From the NCBI GenBank assembly GCA_963664875.1, contig OY761611.1, positions 896,001-960,000 on the forward strand: 64,000 nucleotides of DNA, written 5' to 3'. The stretch comes from Candidatus Kapaibacterium sp. Its GTDB lineage: Bacteria; Bacteroidota; Ignavibacteria; Kapaibacteriales; UBA2268. The position numbers and the translations under genes were made by a program. Of the stretch, positions 30,912 through 39,885 are shown piece by piece; position 1 is the stretch's first letter, and each line of letters begins with the position of its first letter. The notes beneath the pieces are model-generated. The model had not been told where the DNA came from and made no database searches. It saw only the letters and a program-made list of their open reading frames with translations.

Positions 30912-32237
30912 TTGAAATATTTTATTCTTTGTGTTCTTTTCTTTGCTACTTTTCAGCTTTCAAATGCAGAAAAGCAGTGGGTAAGGAAGCATTTTGAAAG
31001 TAATGAAAGAGTAAGTGAGATTAAAGTTGTAGATTCGACAAAAATTGTTGCATTACTCGAATGTATAGGTGTTTCAAAAGTTTATAAATCATATGATTCC
31101 GGAAACAGTTGGACTAATACATATTCATACAATCACCCCATGAATGGCGATTCTGTAGCATTGCAATCGATTGGATCTTTTATCCTCGATTCTTCATATT
31201 TTTATTGTTGTATGTTTCCCAAACCAGTTATAGATGTAACAACCGATGGTGGAACAACATTTAAGAGGATTGAATTTGGGAATATCTCATCTGATTCAAA
31301 AAATTACATCTACGATTTAAATATGCTAGACAGTTTAACAGGAGTTATCGTCACAGTCAAGAATATTATTGTAACGAAAGATGGTTGGAAAACCTTCGTA
31401 ATTTATAAGAAGCCTTATGAATATATTAATTCAGATATGCCTACTTTTTTTGTCGATTCGCTTAATATTGCATTGATTAAACAGAGTGCTGGGAGTAACT
31501 TGTTTTACAAATTTAATATAATGACTCAAGAATGGTCAGAATATAGTATAGAAGTAAATCAGAAGGAAAACGAAAAGCCTTTGACCATAATTGGAATTGA
31601 GAAGCAATCTGATTCTGTACTTATGGGAGCTGGTATGCAAAAAGTAAACGATTCTACTAAAAATATCCATTATGATCTAATATGGAAAAGCACAGACAAA
31701 GGAGTAACATGGGAAGTAATATATAAAAAATTGAAAGATCCGAGATTTGGTTTAGAAGAAGTCCACTTTACTGATAGTTTAAGAGGGATTGCAGGAGGAG
31801 GTGGAGCAAAATATATGCTTACAGAAGATGGTGGATATTCATGGGAGTATGTCACTCTAATGGATTATATATATATGTCTTCTGGTTCTTGTGCATATTG
31901 TGGTGATTACCCGTTAGCCTGGTTTCCCGCAGGTGGAGTTTTTCGATACGAAGACGTGACCGGAATCACAGAAGGCATACTAGAGGAAATCAGTATAATA
32001 CCTTATCAGACAGCAACAGAATACCATTTAGAAATCAATGACCCGAAAGCACGAGAATATGAAATCATATTTACTGATGCAAGCGGCAAACAAATACTAA
32101 CACAAACATTAAACACAGCAATAGCAGCTAACACAAGTCCAATAGATTTAAACAGCCTAAATTCCGGCACTTACTTTTACATGATTACCTGCAACAATTC
32201 GCTAATTTCCACAGGTAAGTTTGTAAATGCAAGGTAG
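30912..32237 (+). CDS. BNR beta-propeller/T9SS protein, copy 3
   Basis: 441-aa paralog, same architecture. Confidence 0.88.
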   Translation: MKYFILCVLFFATFQLSNAEKQWVRKHFESNERVSEIKVVDSTKIVALLECIGVSKVYKSYDSGNSWTNTYSYNHPMNGDSVALQSIGSFILDSSYFYCCMFPKPVIDVTTDGGTTFKRIEFGNISSDSKNYIYDLNMLDSLTGVIVTVKNIIVTKDGWKTFVIYKKPYEYINSDMPTFFVDSLNIALIKQSAGSNLFYKFNIMTQEWSEYSIEVNQKENEKPLTIIGIEKQSDSVLMGAGMQKVNDSTKNIHYDLIWKSTDKGVTWEVIYKKLKDPRFGLEEVHFTDSLRGIAGGGGAKYMLTEDGGYSWEYVTLMDYIYMSSGSCAYCGDYPLAWFPAGGVFRYEDVTGITEGILEEISIIPYQTATEYHLEINDPKAREYEIIFTDASGKQILTQTLNTAIAANTSPIDLNSLNSGTYFYMITCNNSLISTGKFVNAR

Positions 32238-32380
32238 CAGAAGATAATGATAAATTTCCGGTACAAATAAACTCAATTCAGGTAAATTTATTATTGTTAA
32301 ATAAATAATATTTACTATTTTATCGCAGGAGAGATATTGTTTCTCTCCTGCTTTCTTTATATAACAAAGGAGATTAAGCT

Positions 32381-33706
32381 TTGAAATATTTTATACTTTG
32401 TATTATTTTCTTTGCTACTTTTCAGCTTTCAAATGCAGAAAAACAGTGGGTAAAGAAACACTTTAGGAGTAACGAAAAGGTAACTGCTATGAAGGTTGTT
32501 GATTCTACCAAATTAGTAGTATTAATTGATCATATTGGTTTCTCAAAAGTATATAAATCTTTTGACTCTGGAAATAGTTGGATTAATACTTATTCCTATA
32601 ATCATGTTTTGGAAGGAGATTCAGTTGCTAATCAGTTGAATTCTTCATTCATATATGACTCACTTTATTATTATTTTTGTATGTTTCCTCAGCCTGTTAT
32701 AGATATTACAAGCGATGGAGGAAAGAACTTTAGAAGAGTTGAGTTTGGAACAATCTCTTCCGACAAAAAAAACTACATTTACGATTTAAACATGAAAGAC
32801 AGTTTAATTGGAGTAGTTGTTACTGTAAAAAATATTGTTATCACAAAAGATGGATGGAAATCATATCAAGTATATAATAAACCTAAGGCATATATTAACA
32901 CTGATAAGCCCACGTTCTTTATTGATTCGGTTAATATAGCGATGATAAAGCAACTTGCTGGTAGTAACCAGTTTTATAAATTCAACTTAAATACTCTCGA
33001 ATGGACAGAATATAGTATTGAAGTAAAACAGAAAGAAAATGAATATCCTTTGACAATAATTGGTGTTGAAAGGCAATCCGATTCAGTATATCTGGGTGCA
33101 GGATTTCAGAGGGTAAACGATACTACAAAAAATATACATTATGATTTAATATGGAAGAGCACTGACAAAGGTGTAACGTGGGAAGTTATATATAAGAAAT
33201 TAAAAGATCCTAGATTTGGTTTATCTGAAGTACATTTTACAGATAGTTTAAGGGGAATTGCAGGGGGATCAGGAGCAAAATATATGCTTACTGAAGACGG
33301 TGGATATTCATGGGAGTATGTTACTCTTATGGATTATCTATATCAGTCTTCAGGTGATTGTACTTATTGCGGAGATTATCCAATTGCCTGGTTTTTTTCA
33401 GGTGGAGCTTTTCGATACGAAGACGTGACTGGAATCACAGAAGGAATTTTAGAAGAAATCAAAATAAAACCCTATCAGACAGCAACAGAATACCATTTAG
33501 AAATCAATGACCCGAAATCAAGAGAATATGAAATCATATTTTCTGATGCAAACGGCAAACAAATACTAACACAAACATTAAACACAGCAATAGCAACAAC
33601 AACAAATCCAATCGACCTGAATAGTTTAACTTCAGGCACTTACTTTTACATGATTACCTGCAACAATTCACTAATTTCCACAGGCAAGTTTGTAAATGTA
33701 AGGTAG
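32381..33706 (+). CDS. BNR beta-propeller/T9SS protein, copy 4
   Basis: 441-aa paralog, same architecture. Confidence 0.88.
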   Translation: MKYFILCIIFFATFQLSNAEKQWVKKHFRSNEKVTAMKVVDSTKLVVLIDHIGFSKVYKSFDSGNSWINTYSYNHVLEGDSVANQLNSSFIYDSLYYYFCMFPQPVIDITSDGGKNFRRVEFGTISSDKKNYIYDLNMKDSLIGVVVTVKNIVITKDGWKSYQVYNKPKAYINTDKPTFFIDSVNIAMIKQLAGSNQFYKFNLNTLEWTEYSIEVKQKENEYPLTIIGVERQSDSVYLGAGFQRVNDTTKNIHYDLIWKSTDKGVTWEVIYKKLKDPRFGLSEVHFTDSLRGIAGGSGAKYMLTEDGGYSWEYVTLMDYLYQSSGDCTYCGDYPIAWFFSGGAFRYEDVTGITEGILEEIKIKPYQTATEYHLEINDPKSREYEIIFSDANGKQILTQTLNTAIATTTNPIDLNSLTSGTYFYMITCNNSLISTGKFVNVR

Positions 33707-33847
33707 CAGAAGATAATTATCATTTCCGATACAAACAAACTCAATTCAGGTAAATTTATTATTGTTAAATAAATAATATTTACTATTTTATCGCAGGAGA
33801 GATATTGTTTCTCTCCTGCTTTCTTATATAACAAAGGAGATTAAGCT

Positions 33848-35173
33848 TTGAAATATTTTATATTTTGTGTTCTTTTCTTTGCTATTTTTCAGCTTTCAAA
33901 TGCAGAAAAGCAGTGGGTAAGGAAGCACTATGAAGCTAATGAATCTGTAATTGCACTAAAAACCATAGATTCAACAAAAATTATTGCTATCATAGCAGGA
34001 GCTGGTGAATCGATGATATATAAGTCCTTCGATTCTGGGAACACTTGGGAAAATACATATCGTTATTATCATCCTGCTCATGGTGATTCTTTGGCAATGC
34101 TTTCTGTTGGTTCTTTTATCTTAGACTCACTTCACTATTATATTTGTATGTTCCCACAACCGGTCATAGATGTTACTTCTGACGGAGGAAATACTTTTAA
34201 AAGAATTGAATTCGGAACAATTTCATCTGATAAAAAGAATTATATTTTCGACTTAAACATGGCAGATAGTTTAAGAGGATATTTAATAACCCGAACCAAC
34301 ATAATTATTACACAAGATGGATGGAAATCTTTTGACATTTACGATAAGCCATATGAGTATATTGAAACAAACAAACCCTCATTTTACATTGATTCTGTTA
34401 ATGTTGCTATGATAAAGCAAAGATCTGGTAGCAACTTATTTTATAAGTTCAATACCATGACTTATGAATGGTCAAAATATAGCAACGAAGTTTTAGAAAA
34501 AGAAGGCGATTTCCCATATGCAATTATTGATATTGAGTTTATGAATGGTTCTACATTAATGGGTGCAGGCTTTCAGAGGGTAAACGATACTACAAAAAAT
34601 ATCCATTTTGGTTTAATATGGAAAAGCACCGATAGGGGGGTGAATTGGGAAATTGTCCATAGAGAATTAGCAAATCCACGTTTTGGATTATATGAAATAC
34701 ACTTTACTGATACTTTAAGAGGTATTGTAGGAGGAGATGGGGCTAAATATATGCTTACTGAAGATGGAGGGTATTCTTGGGAGTATGTTACTCTTATGGA
34801 TTATCTGTATCAATTTTCTGGAACTTGTGCATATTGCGGAGATTATCCAATTGTCTGGTTTTTTTCAGGTGGAGCTTTTCGATACGAAGACGTGACCGGA
34901 ATCACAGAAGGAATTTTAGAAGAAATCAATATAAAACCCTATCAGACAGCAACAGAATACCATTTAGAAATCAATGACCCGAAAGCACGAGAATATGAAA
35001 TCATATTTACTGATGCAAGCGGCAAACAAATACTAACACAAACATTAAACACAGCAATAGCTGCTAACACAAGTCCAATAGATTTAAACAGCCTAAATTC
35101 CGGCACTTACTTTTACATGATTACATGTAACAATTCGCTAATTTCTACAGGTAAGTTTGTAAATGCAAGGTAG
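33848..35173 (+). CDS. BNR beta-propeller/T9SS protein, copy 5
   Basis: 441-aa paralog, same architecture. Confidence 0.88.
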   Translation: MKYFIFCVLFFAIFQLSNAEKQWVRKHYEANESVIALKTIDSTKIIAIIAGAGESMIYKSFDSGNTWENTYRYYHPAHGDSLAMLSVGSFILDSLHYYICMFPQPVIDVTSDGGNTFKRIEFGTISSDKKNYIFDLNMADSLRGYLITRTNIIITQDGWKSFDIYDKPYEYIETNKPSFYIDSVNVAMIKQRSGSNLFYKFNTMTYEWSKYSNEVLEKEGDFPYAIIDIEFMNGSTLMGAGFQRVNDTTKNIHFGLIWKSTDRGVNWEIVHRELANPRFGLYEIHFTDTLRGIVGGDGAKYMLTEDGGYSWEYVTLMDYLYQFSGTCAYCGDYPIVWFFSGGAFRYEDVTGITEGILEEINIKPYQTATEYHLEINDPKAREYEIIFTDASGKQILTQTLNTAIAANTSPIDLNSLNSGTYFYMITCNNSLISTGKFVNAR

Positions 35174-35190
35174 CAGAAGATAATATAAAT

Positions 35191-35230
35191 AAGCAAAGGG
35201 ACTAAACTTCACATTTAGTCCCTTGTTTTT
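35191..35230. terminator. terminator between the array and tRNA-Pro
   Basis: aagggactaaa-cttcaca-tttagtccctt followed by gttttt. Confidence 0.8.
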
Positions 35231-35243
35231 ATAAAATTGAATG

Positions 35244-35317
35244 TCGGAATGACTGGATTTGAACCAGCGACCCCTACAACCCCAATGTAGTGCGCTACCG
35301 GACTGCGCCACATTCCG
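35244..35317 (-). tRNA. tRNA-Pro(GGG)
   Basis: Reverse complement cggaatgtggcgcag...; anticodon arm ctaca-ttGGGgt-tgtag; upstream TATTTTTG box at 35333-35340. Confidence 0.95.
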
Positions 35318-35359
35318 AATCATATTGCGATGCAAAAATAAAATTTTTATCTGCTATAG

Positions 35360-35935
35360 TCAAGATTTTTTTAAATGCTTAGCAGCTATACCTTCTATTT
35401 CCTGAAATGTCTGCTGCAAATTGTCATTGATGATTACATAATCAAAATCTTTGCTTTGCTCTATTTCCATTTTTGCTCTTGCCAGCCTGATTTGTATCTG
35501 CTCTTCGGTTTCAGTAGATCTGCCGCGAAGTCTTTGCTCGAGTACATTTTCGCTGATAGGAGCCAAAAATATCAATAAGGTATTTTCCGGATAGGCTCTT
35601 TTTAGAGCAAATGCCCCCTTGACATCTATATCGAATAAAAGGATATATCCTGCTTCCAATTTTTTGTCGATTTCTGATTTGAGTGTGCCGTAGTAATTCC
35701 CGAAGATTTCTTCATACTCAGCAAGCTCATCATTTTTTATTTTATTCTCAAATTCTTCTCTTGTCAGATAGTAATAATCCACTCCGAAAGTCTCATTAGG
35801 TCTTTTGGCTCGGGTGGTAGCAGAAATAGAAAATTCCAAATTAGGATACAAAGACCTAAGATGCTTAGAAACAGTAGTCTTTCCCCCACCGCTTGGCGAA
35901 GAAAGAACAATCAGGTTTTTATAGTTTTCTGACAT
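35360..35935 (-). CDS. gmk: guanylate kinase
   Basis: SSPSGGGKTT, SISATTRAKRPNE, YYGT, DIDVKGA. Confidence 0.96.
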   Translation of the reverse strand: MSENYKNLIVLSSPSGGGKTTVSKHLRSLYPNLEFSISATTRAKRPNETFGVDYYYLTREEFENKIKNDELAEYEEIFGNYYGTLKSEIDKKLEAGYILLFDIDVKGAFALKRAYPENTLLIFLAPISENVLEQRLRGRSTETEEQIQIRLARAKMEIEQSKDFDYVIINDNLQQTFQEIEGIAAKHLKKS

Positions 35936-36017
35936 TGCAACGCTGGTGTAAATATAACAAAGTACAAAAATATACTAATTTCTGCATAAGCTAAATTAAA
36001 ATTCTAAAATGCCATTA

Positions 36018-37220
36018 CTATTGCAAAATGAAACTAATTCTATTAAGCTGGCTTTGAGTATTTATATAGTCTTCTAATCCATACATTTTGCAAATAAGAG
36101 CATATAAATCAATCCCATACAAAGTGCCCGTCTTTACACCACTTTTAAATTGCTTTCCGCTTGCTATAAAAATGCCGTGCATATCAGTATAATATGGGTC
36201 GTATCCATGAGCTCCTTCGACATTTTCAGCATAATTATTTTTGTCGTGCATGAAGAAATGCCCGGGCTCAGCCATTAGAAGTATATCCCCTATGTTGGGG
36301 TCTTGTTTAAAGTTAAGATGCGCTGGTATTTCATTTTTCAAAAAGACTCGGCAATGCTTTAAATCTTTAAGTTTAGAATATATATCTTTTATCTTATCTT
36401 TATCAGAGAAAGAGAAGCGGCAATAAGCACCACTGTTTTGGATTAGTATATCGTCAGCAGCAAACTTGCTTATATCTATAGCTTTTTCAGGGTAAATATT
36501 TGCCATACCGTGGTCTGAAAGGACAATCAAATTAATATCTGCGCGATTATCTGATTTTGCAATTATCTGGCATATTTTTCCAACTGCACTATCCAATCTG
36601 CTGATGGCTGATTTGATTTCTTCTGAATTTGTACCGAATTTATGTCCGATTTGATCTGTGTCGTCAAAATAAAGCATAAACAATTCGGGTACTCGTTCCT
36701 CATGCATCTCATTAAGCCAAAAGTTAAACTTGTCGAACCTGTCTTGATTGCATAGACTATCTGACCAATTTATTGAATACGTAGGCCTTTTCCAAGGAGT
36801 ATAGCTTTCGGAACCCGGCCACAAAAATGCAGCAGAACCAAAACCATATCGTGCTAAAGTTTCCCAAATAAATTCGCCACGATACCACTTTGCAACCATT
36901 TTCGAACTGTTGTCAAAAACTGTATAATTTTCGCCGGTAACCAGATTTTTGAATTTGTTATCAATTATTCCGTGAGATTCGGGATTGAGACCGGTAGCCA
37001 TAGATATATGTGAAGGAAAAGTCTTTGTAGGAAATACGGGCTGAAGCGACAAAGCGGACACTCCCACTCGACTCAAAGAATCTAAAACCGGAGTCTCTGC
37101 CTTATTTATATAATCATATCGAAAACCATCGAGTGAAACTATTACGGTAGTGGGAGCCGCATCGGCAATCCCTAACAAACAAAATGCTACAAAAAGTAAA
37201 ACAACAAGCCTCATACTCAC
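36018..37220 (-). CDS. nucleotide pyrophosphatase/phosphodiesterase (alkaline phosphatase superfamily)
   Basis: VSLDGFRYDY, PTKTFPSH, LSDHGM, GAHGYD. Confidence 0.92.
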   Translation of the reverse strand: MSMRLVVLLFVAFCLLGIADAAPTTVIVSLDGFRYDYINKAETPVLDSLSRVGVSALSLQPVFPTKTFPSHISMATGLNPESHGIIDNKFKNLVTGENYTVFDNSSKMVAKWYRGEFIWETLARYGFGSAAFLWPGSESYTPWKRPTYSINWSDSLCNQDRFDKFNFWLNEMHEERVPELFMLYFDDTDQIGHKFGTNSEEIKSAISRLDSAVGKICQIIAKSDNRADINLIVLSDHGMANIYPEKAIDISKFAADDILIQNSGAYCRFSFSDKDKIKDIYSKLKDLKHCRVFLKNEIPAHLNFKQDPNIGDILLMAEPGHFFMHDKNNYAENVEGAHGYDPYYTDMHGIFIASGKQFKSGVKTGTLYGIDLYALICKMYGLEDYINTQSQLNRISFILQ

Positions 37221-37293
37221 CTCGGAATGTAAAATGATTATTGAGGCAATTTAAAACTAAATTGTGTTAAATTAAAAAGAATTATAAAAGAAT

Positions 37294-37983
37294 CTAAAAC
37301 GCATTCCTTTCTACTTCGCCAATTATCACCTCAAGGTAATCTCTCTGTCTTGTATCTAATTTATAAGCAATAGTGTTTGTAGCATAAATCAGTTTTCTAT
37401 ATACAGAGCTCATAGTTTCGAGAGCAAACGAAATGTCGGAATCGTTGATGTCAATGCTCAACATTTTAGAATGCCTGTCATAAATATATGCAATCAATTC
37501 GATAGCCTCTAATTCTTCAACTGAAAAGTCGGGAGTTCGGCAATCTTCCCTCCTACTAATCCAGAAATGAGAGTCTGTTGTTTTTGCAAAAGCATTTTTA
37601 AAACATAGGATCATATCTTTGTGCATCGCTTCTATTTTGCAGTACTCCCCTGCATCAACTAATTTTATTATATCATTAGGAATCTGATTATAATCAGGTT
37701 TTTCAAATTTCAGAGTAGAAATGTAATTATAGCCTTCTTCGTTTTGCAAAGTCCATTCGTACCAATCATTATGAAGGACAAGATACCCTCTTTCAGCATC
37801 AACCTGAAACGACTGCATTGTACTTTCAGTATTCAAAGACTCATGAAGCAGTTCAAGCAAAATTCTGAAAGAAAGATTTGCAGCCCAAAAATACTTATTA
37901 TTGAGATTAGATTCCAATATATGCAAGAGCATTTCCAGCTCGCCTTCATAGCTATATACAGCTTTAATTTTTTTGGTTTCCAT
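37294..37983 (-). CDS. hypothetical protein
   Basis: ~229-aa ORF from METKKIK; no motif recognised. Confidence 0.65.
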   Translation of the reverse strand: METKKIKAVYSYEGELEMLLHILESNLNNKYFWAANLSFRILLELLHESLNTESTMQSFQVDAERGYLVLHNDWYEWTLQNEEGYNYISTLKFEKPDYNQIPNDIIKLVDAGEYCKIEAMHKDMILCFKNAFAKTTDSHFWISRREDCRTPDFSVEELEAIELIAYIYDRHSKMLSIDINDSDISFALETMSSVYRKLIYATNTIAYKLDTRQRDYLEVIIGEVERNAF

Positions 37984-38689
37984 AGTGAATGTCTCTTTAT
38001 TTGTTTTATACATAATATATGTTTTATTTGTGATTTAGGACTGAAGATTTTACAGTATTTTGTTTTTTGTAACCGTCGTGTTGCATAAATAATGCTTTTA
38101 TCCCTCATTCACGAGCCATATATTACTTTGTTTAGTTATGTTTTCATTTTGGTATTATTGTTGTGCCTCTCTTTACACTCATAAGCAAGATGACACATTA
38201 ATTAACCAAGATTATTCTTGAATATAAATTTTCTGATTTATACATTCAAAAACAACAATTCAAACGGCAAATCTTCCTATCTGCTTGATTTGTTTGGACT
38301 TCCCTATTTATTTAGTATATATTATTTTATATTTATCATGTTTCATAATATAGAGAGAATCGCTAAATTGTGGGATAGTTAAATCGAGAAATATTTATCT
38401 ATTACACTTTCTGAAACTAATATTATTCACATATTACAGTTTGGGACTTGCTCCCAATCAAAGGAAACAGCCTATACAGATTTTCTTTTAATATTTATCA
38501 AACAGTGTTTTAACCATTATAACTAATTGATATATAATATCTTATAGCCTCCACACTAAATATTGTACCCGTATTCGCCAAATATGACAAAATATATTTT
38601 TTGTTTATTGACTATAAGAATTATATTGAATCGAGAAATTTTTACCGATAAAAATATATCGATAAACTTTTCTCTATAAGGTAGGTGTT

Positions 38690-39337
38690 ATGAAAAATGA
38701 AGACATCAAGATGATACCCGAACCGGCTCTTAGACGATTGCCTCAATACTGGCACCTACTTCGGAGGCTGAGAGACGAAGGTGTTTCGGAAGTTTCAAGT
38801 TCTCGCATAGCTCAGGAAATGAAGTTTGACCCTACACAGGTAAGAAAAGATATACAATACACTGATATAGTAGGCAAACCCAAAACAGGTTACGACATTA
38901 ACCAGCTAATCAAAGCAATAGAATCATTCCTTAACTGGGAAAACTTTGATGACGCTTTCTTAGTTGGAGCAGGAGTACTTGGTCAGGCTATTTTATCCTA
39001 CAAAGCTTTCAAAAACTATGGATTGAACTTTGTAGCAGCGTTTGATATTTCTGATGACAAAATCGGGCAAAAGTTTTTTGATATAGAAGTGCTACCCTTA
39101 GACAAGCTACAAAATCTTGCAAAAAGGATGCACGTACATGTGGGAGTAATCACAACTCCTGCACAGGCTGCTCAGGAAGTAGCAGATATAATGATTAGTA
39201 GCGGAATCATTGCTATCTGGAATTTTGCTCCTGTTTCTCTAAAAGTGCCTGATGATATTGTGGTAGAAAACATACAATTTTCGCAAAGTTTAGCGGTACT
39301 GAGCAGAAAATTGGCATCTCATAAATTACACATATAG
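38690..39337 (+). CDS. rex: redox-sensing transcriptional repressor Rex
   Basis: IPEPALRRLPQY, QVRKD, VGAGVLG, IWNFAP. Confidence 0.95.
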   Translation: MKNEDIKMIPEPALRRLPQYWHLLRRLRDEGVSEVSSSRIAQEMKFDPTQVRKDIQYTDIVGKPKTGYDINQLIKAIESFLNWENFDDAFLVGAGVLGQAILSYKAFKNYGLNFVAAFDISDDKIGQKFFDIEVLPLDKLQNLAKRMHVHVGVITTPAQAAQEVADIMISSGIIAIWNFAPVSLKVPDDIVVENIQFSQSLAVLSRKLASHKLHI

Positions 39338-39360
39338 ATTTGTTATAGTGGAGATAAAAC

Positions 39361-39885
39361 ATGGCGAATACGGGTCATTCTTCATCAGAAATGATGAGAA
39401 AATTTGACAAGGTTTGCAATATTCTCGAAAAACACGAGTATAAAAGCAGCAAACTAATCCCTATACTTCAGGAGGTACAAGAAGAGTACCGTTATCTGCC
39501 TGAGGATGTACTGACTTTTGTTGCAACTTCATTAGATATTTCTCCGGCGAGAGTATATGGTGTTGCTACTTTTTATTCTCACTTCGCTTTAGAACCAAAA
39601 GGCAAATATGTTATCAAAGTATGTGATGGCACTGCCTGCCACGTAATTGGTTCTCAACCTTTAATCAAAGCAATGCGCGAAAAACTTGCTCTTTCTGATG
39701 CAAAGCATACAACTGATGATATGCTTTTTACATTAGAAACAGTATCTTGTCTTGGTGCTTGCGGTCTTGCTCCTGTTGTTGTAGTCAATGAGGAAGTTTA
39801 CTCTCAGATGACTCCTTCAAAATGCCTTAAAGTTATTGAAGAAATTATGATTAAGGAGGATGTCAATGAACCAGCACTTGGATAA
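39361..39885 (+). CDS. NuoE-like [2Fe-2S] hydrogenase subunit (HydC/HndA-like)
   Basis: GVATFYS, CDGTAC, CLGACGLAP. Confidence 0.93.
   Translation: MANTGHSSSEMMRKFDKVCNILEKHEYKSSKLIPILQEVQEEYRYLPEDVLTFVATSLDISPARVYGVATFYSHFALEPKGKYVIKVCDGTACHVIGSQPLIKAMREKLALSDAKHTTDDMLFTLETVSCLGACGLAPVVVVNEEVYSQMTPSKCLKVIEEIMIKEDVNEPALG

Larger units (their letters stand above)
27845..35184 (+). repeat. five-unit tandem array of 1467-1469 bp units
   Basis: Units start at 27845, 29313, 30781, 32249, 33718; shared junction gcagaagataat|tatcatttcc (variant at 32249). Confidence 0.93.

Noticed and set aside
27845-35184. Integron cassette array or diversity-generating retroelement
   Set aside because: GTTAAAT occurs in the spacer but no matching RYYYAAC or attC fold was found; no integrase or reverse transcriptase in the window; variation is spread through the gene and not evidently adenine-specific
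38400-38689. Rex operator upstream of rex-hyd or hdrC
   Set aside because: No convincing TTGTGAA-N4-TTCACAA match found by eye, only AT-rich partial palindromes
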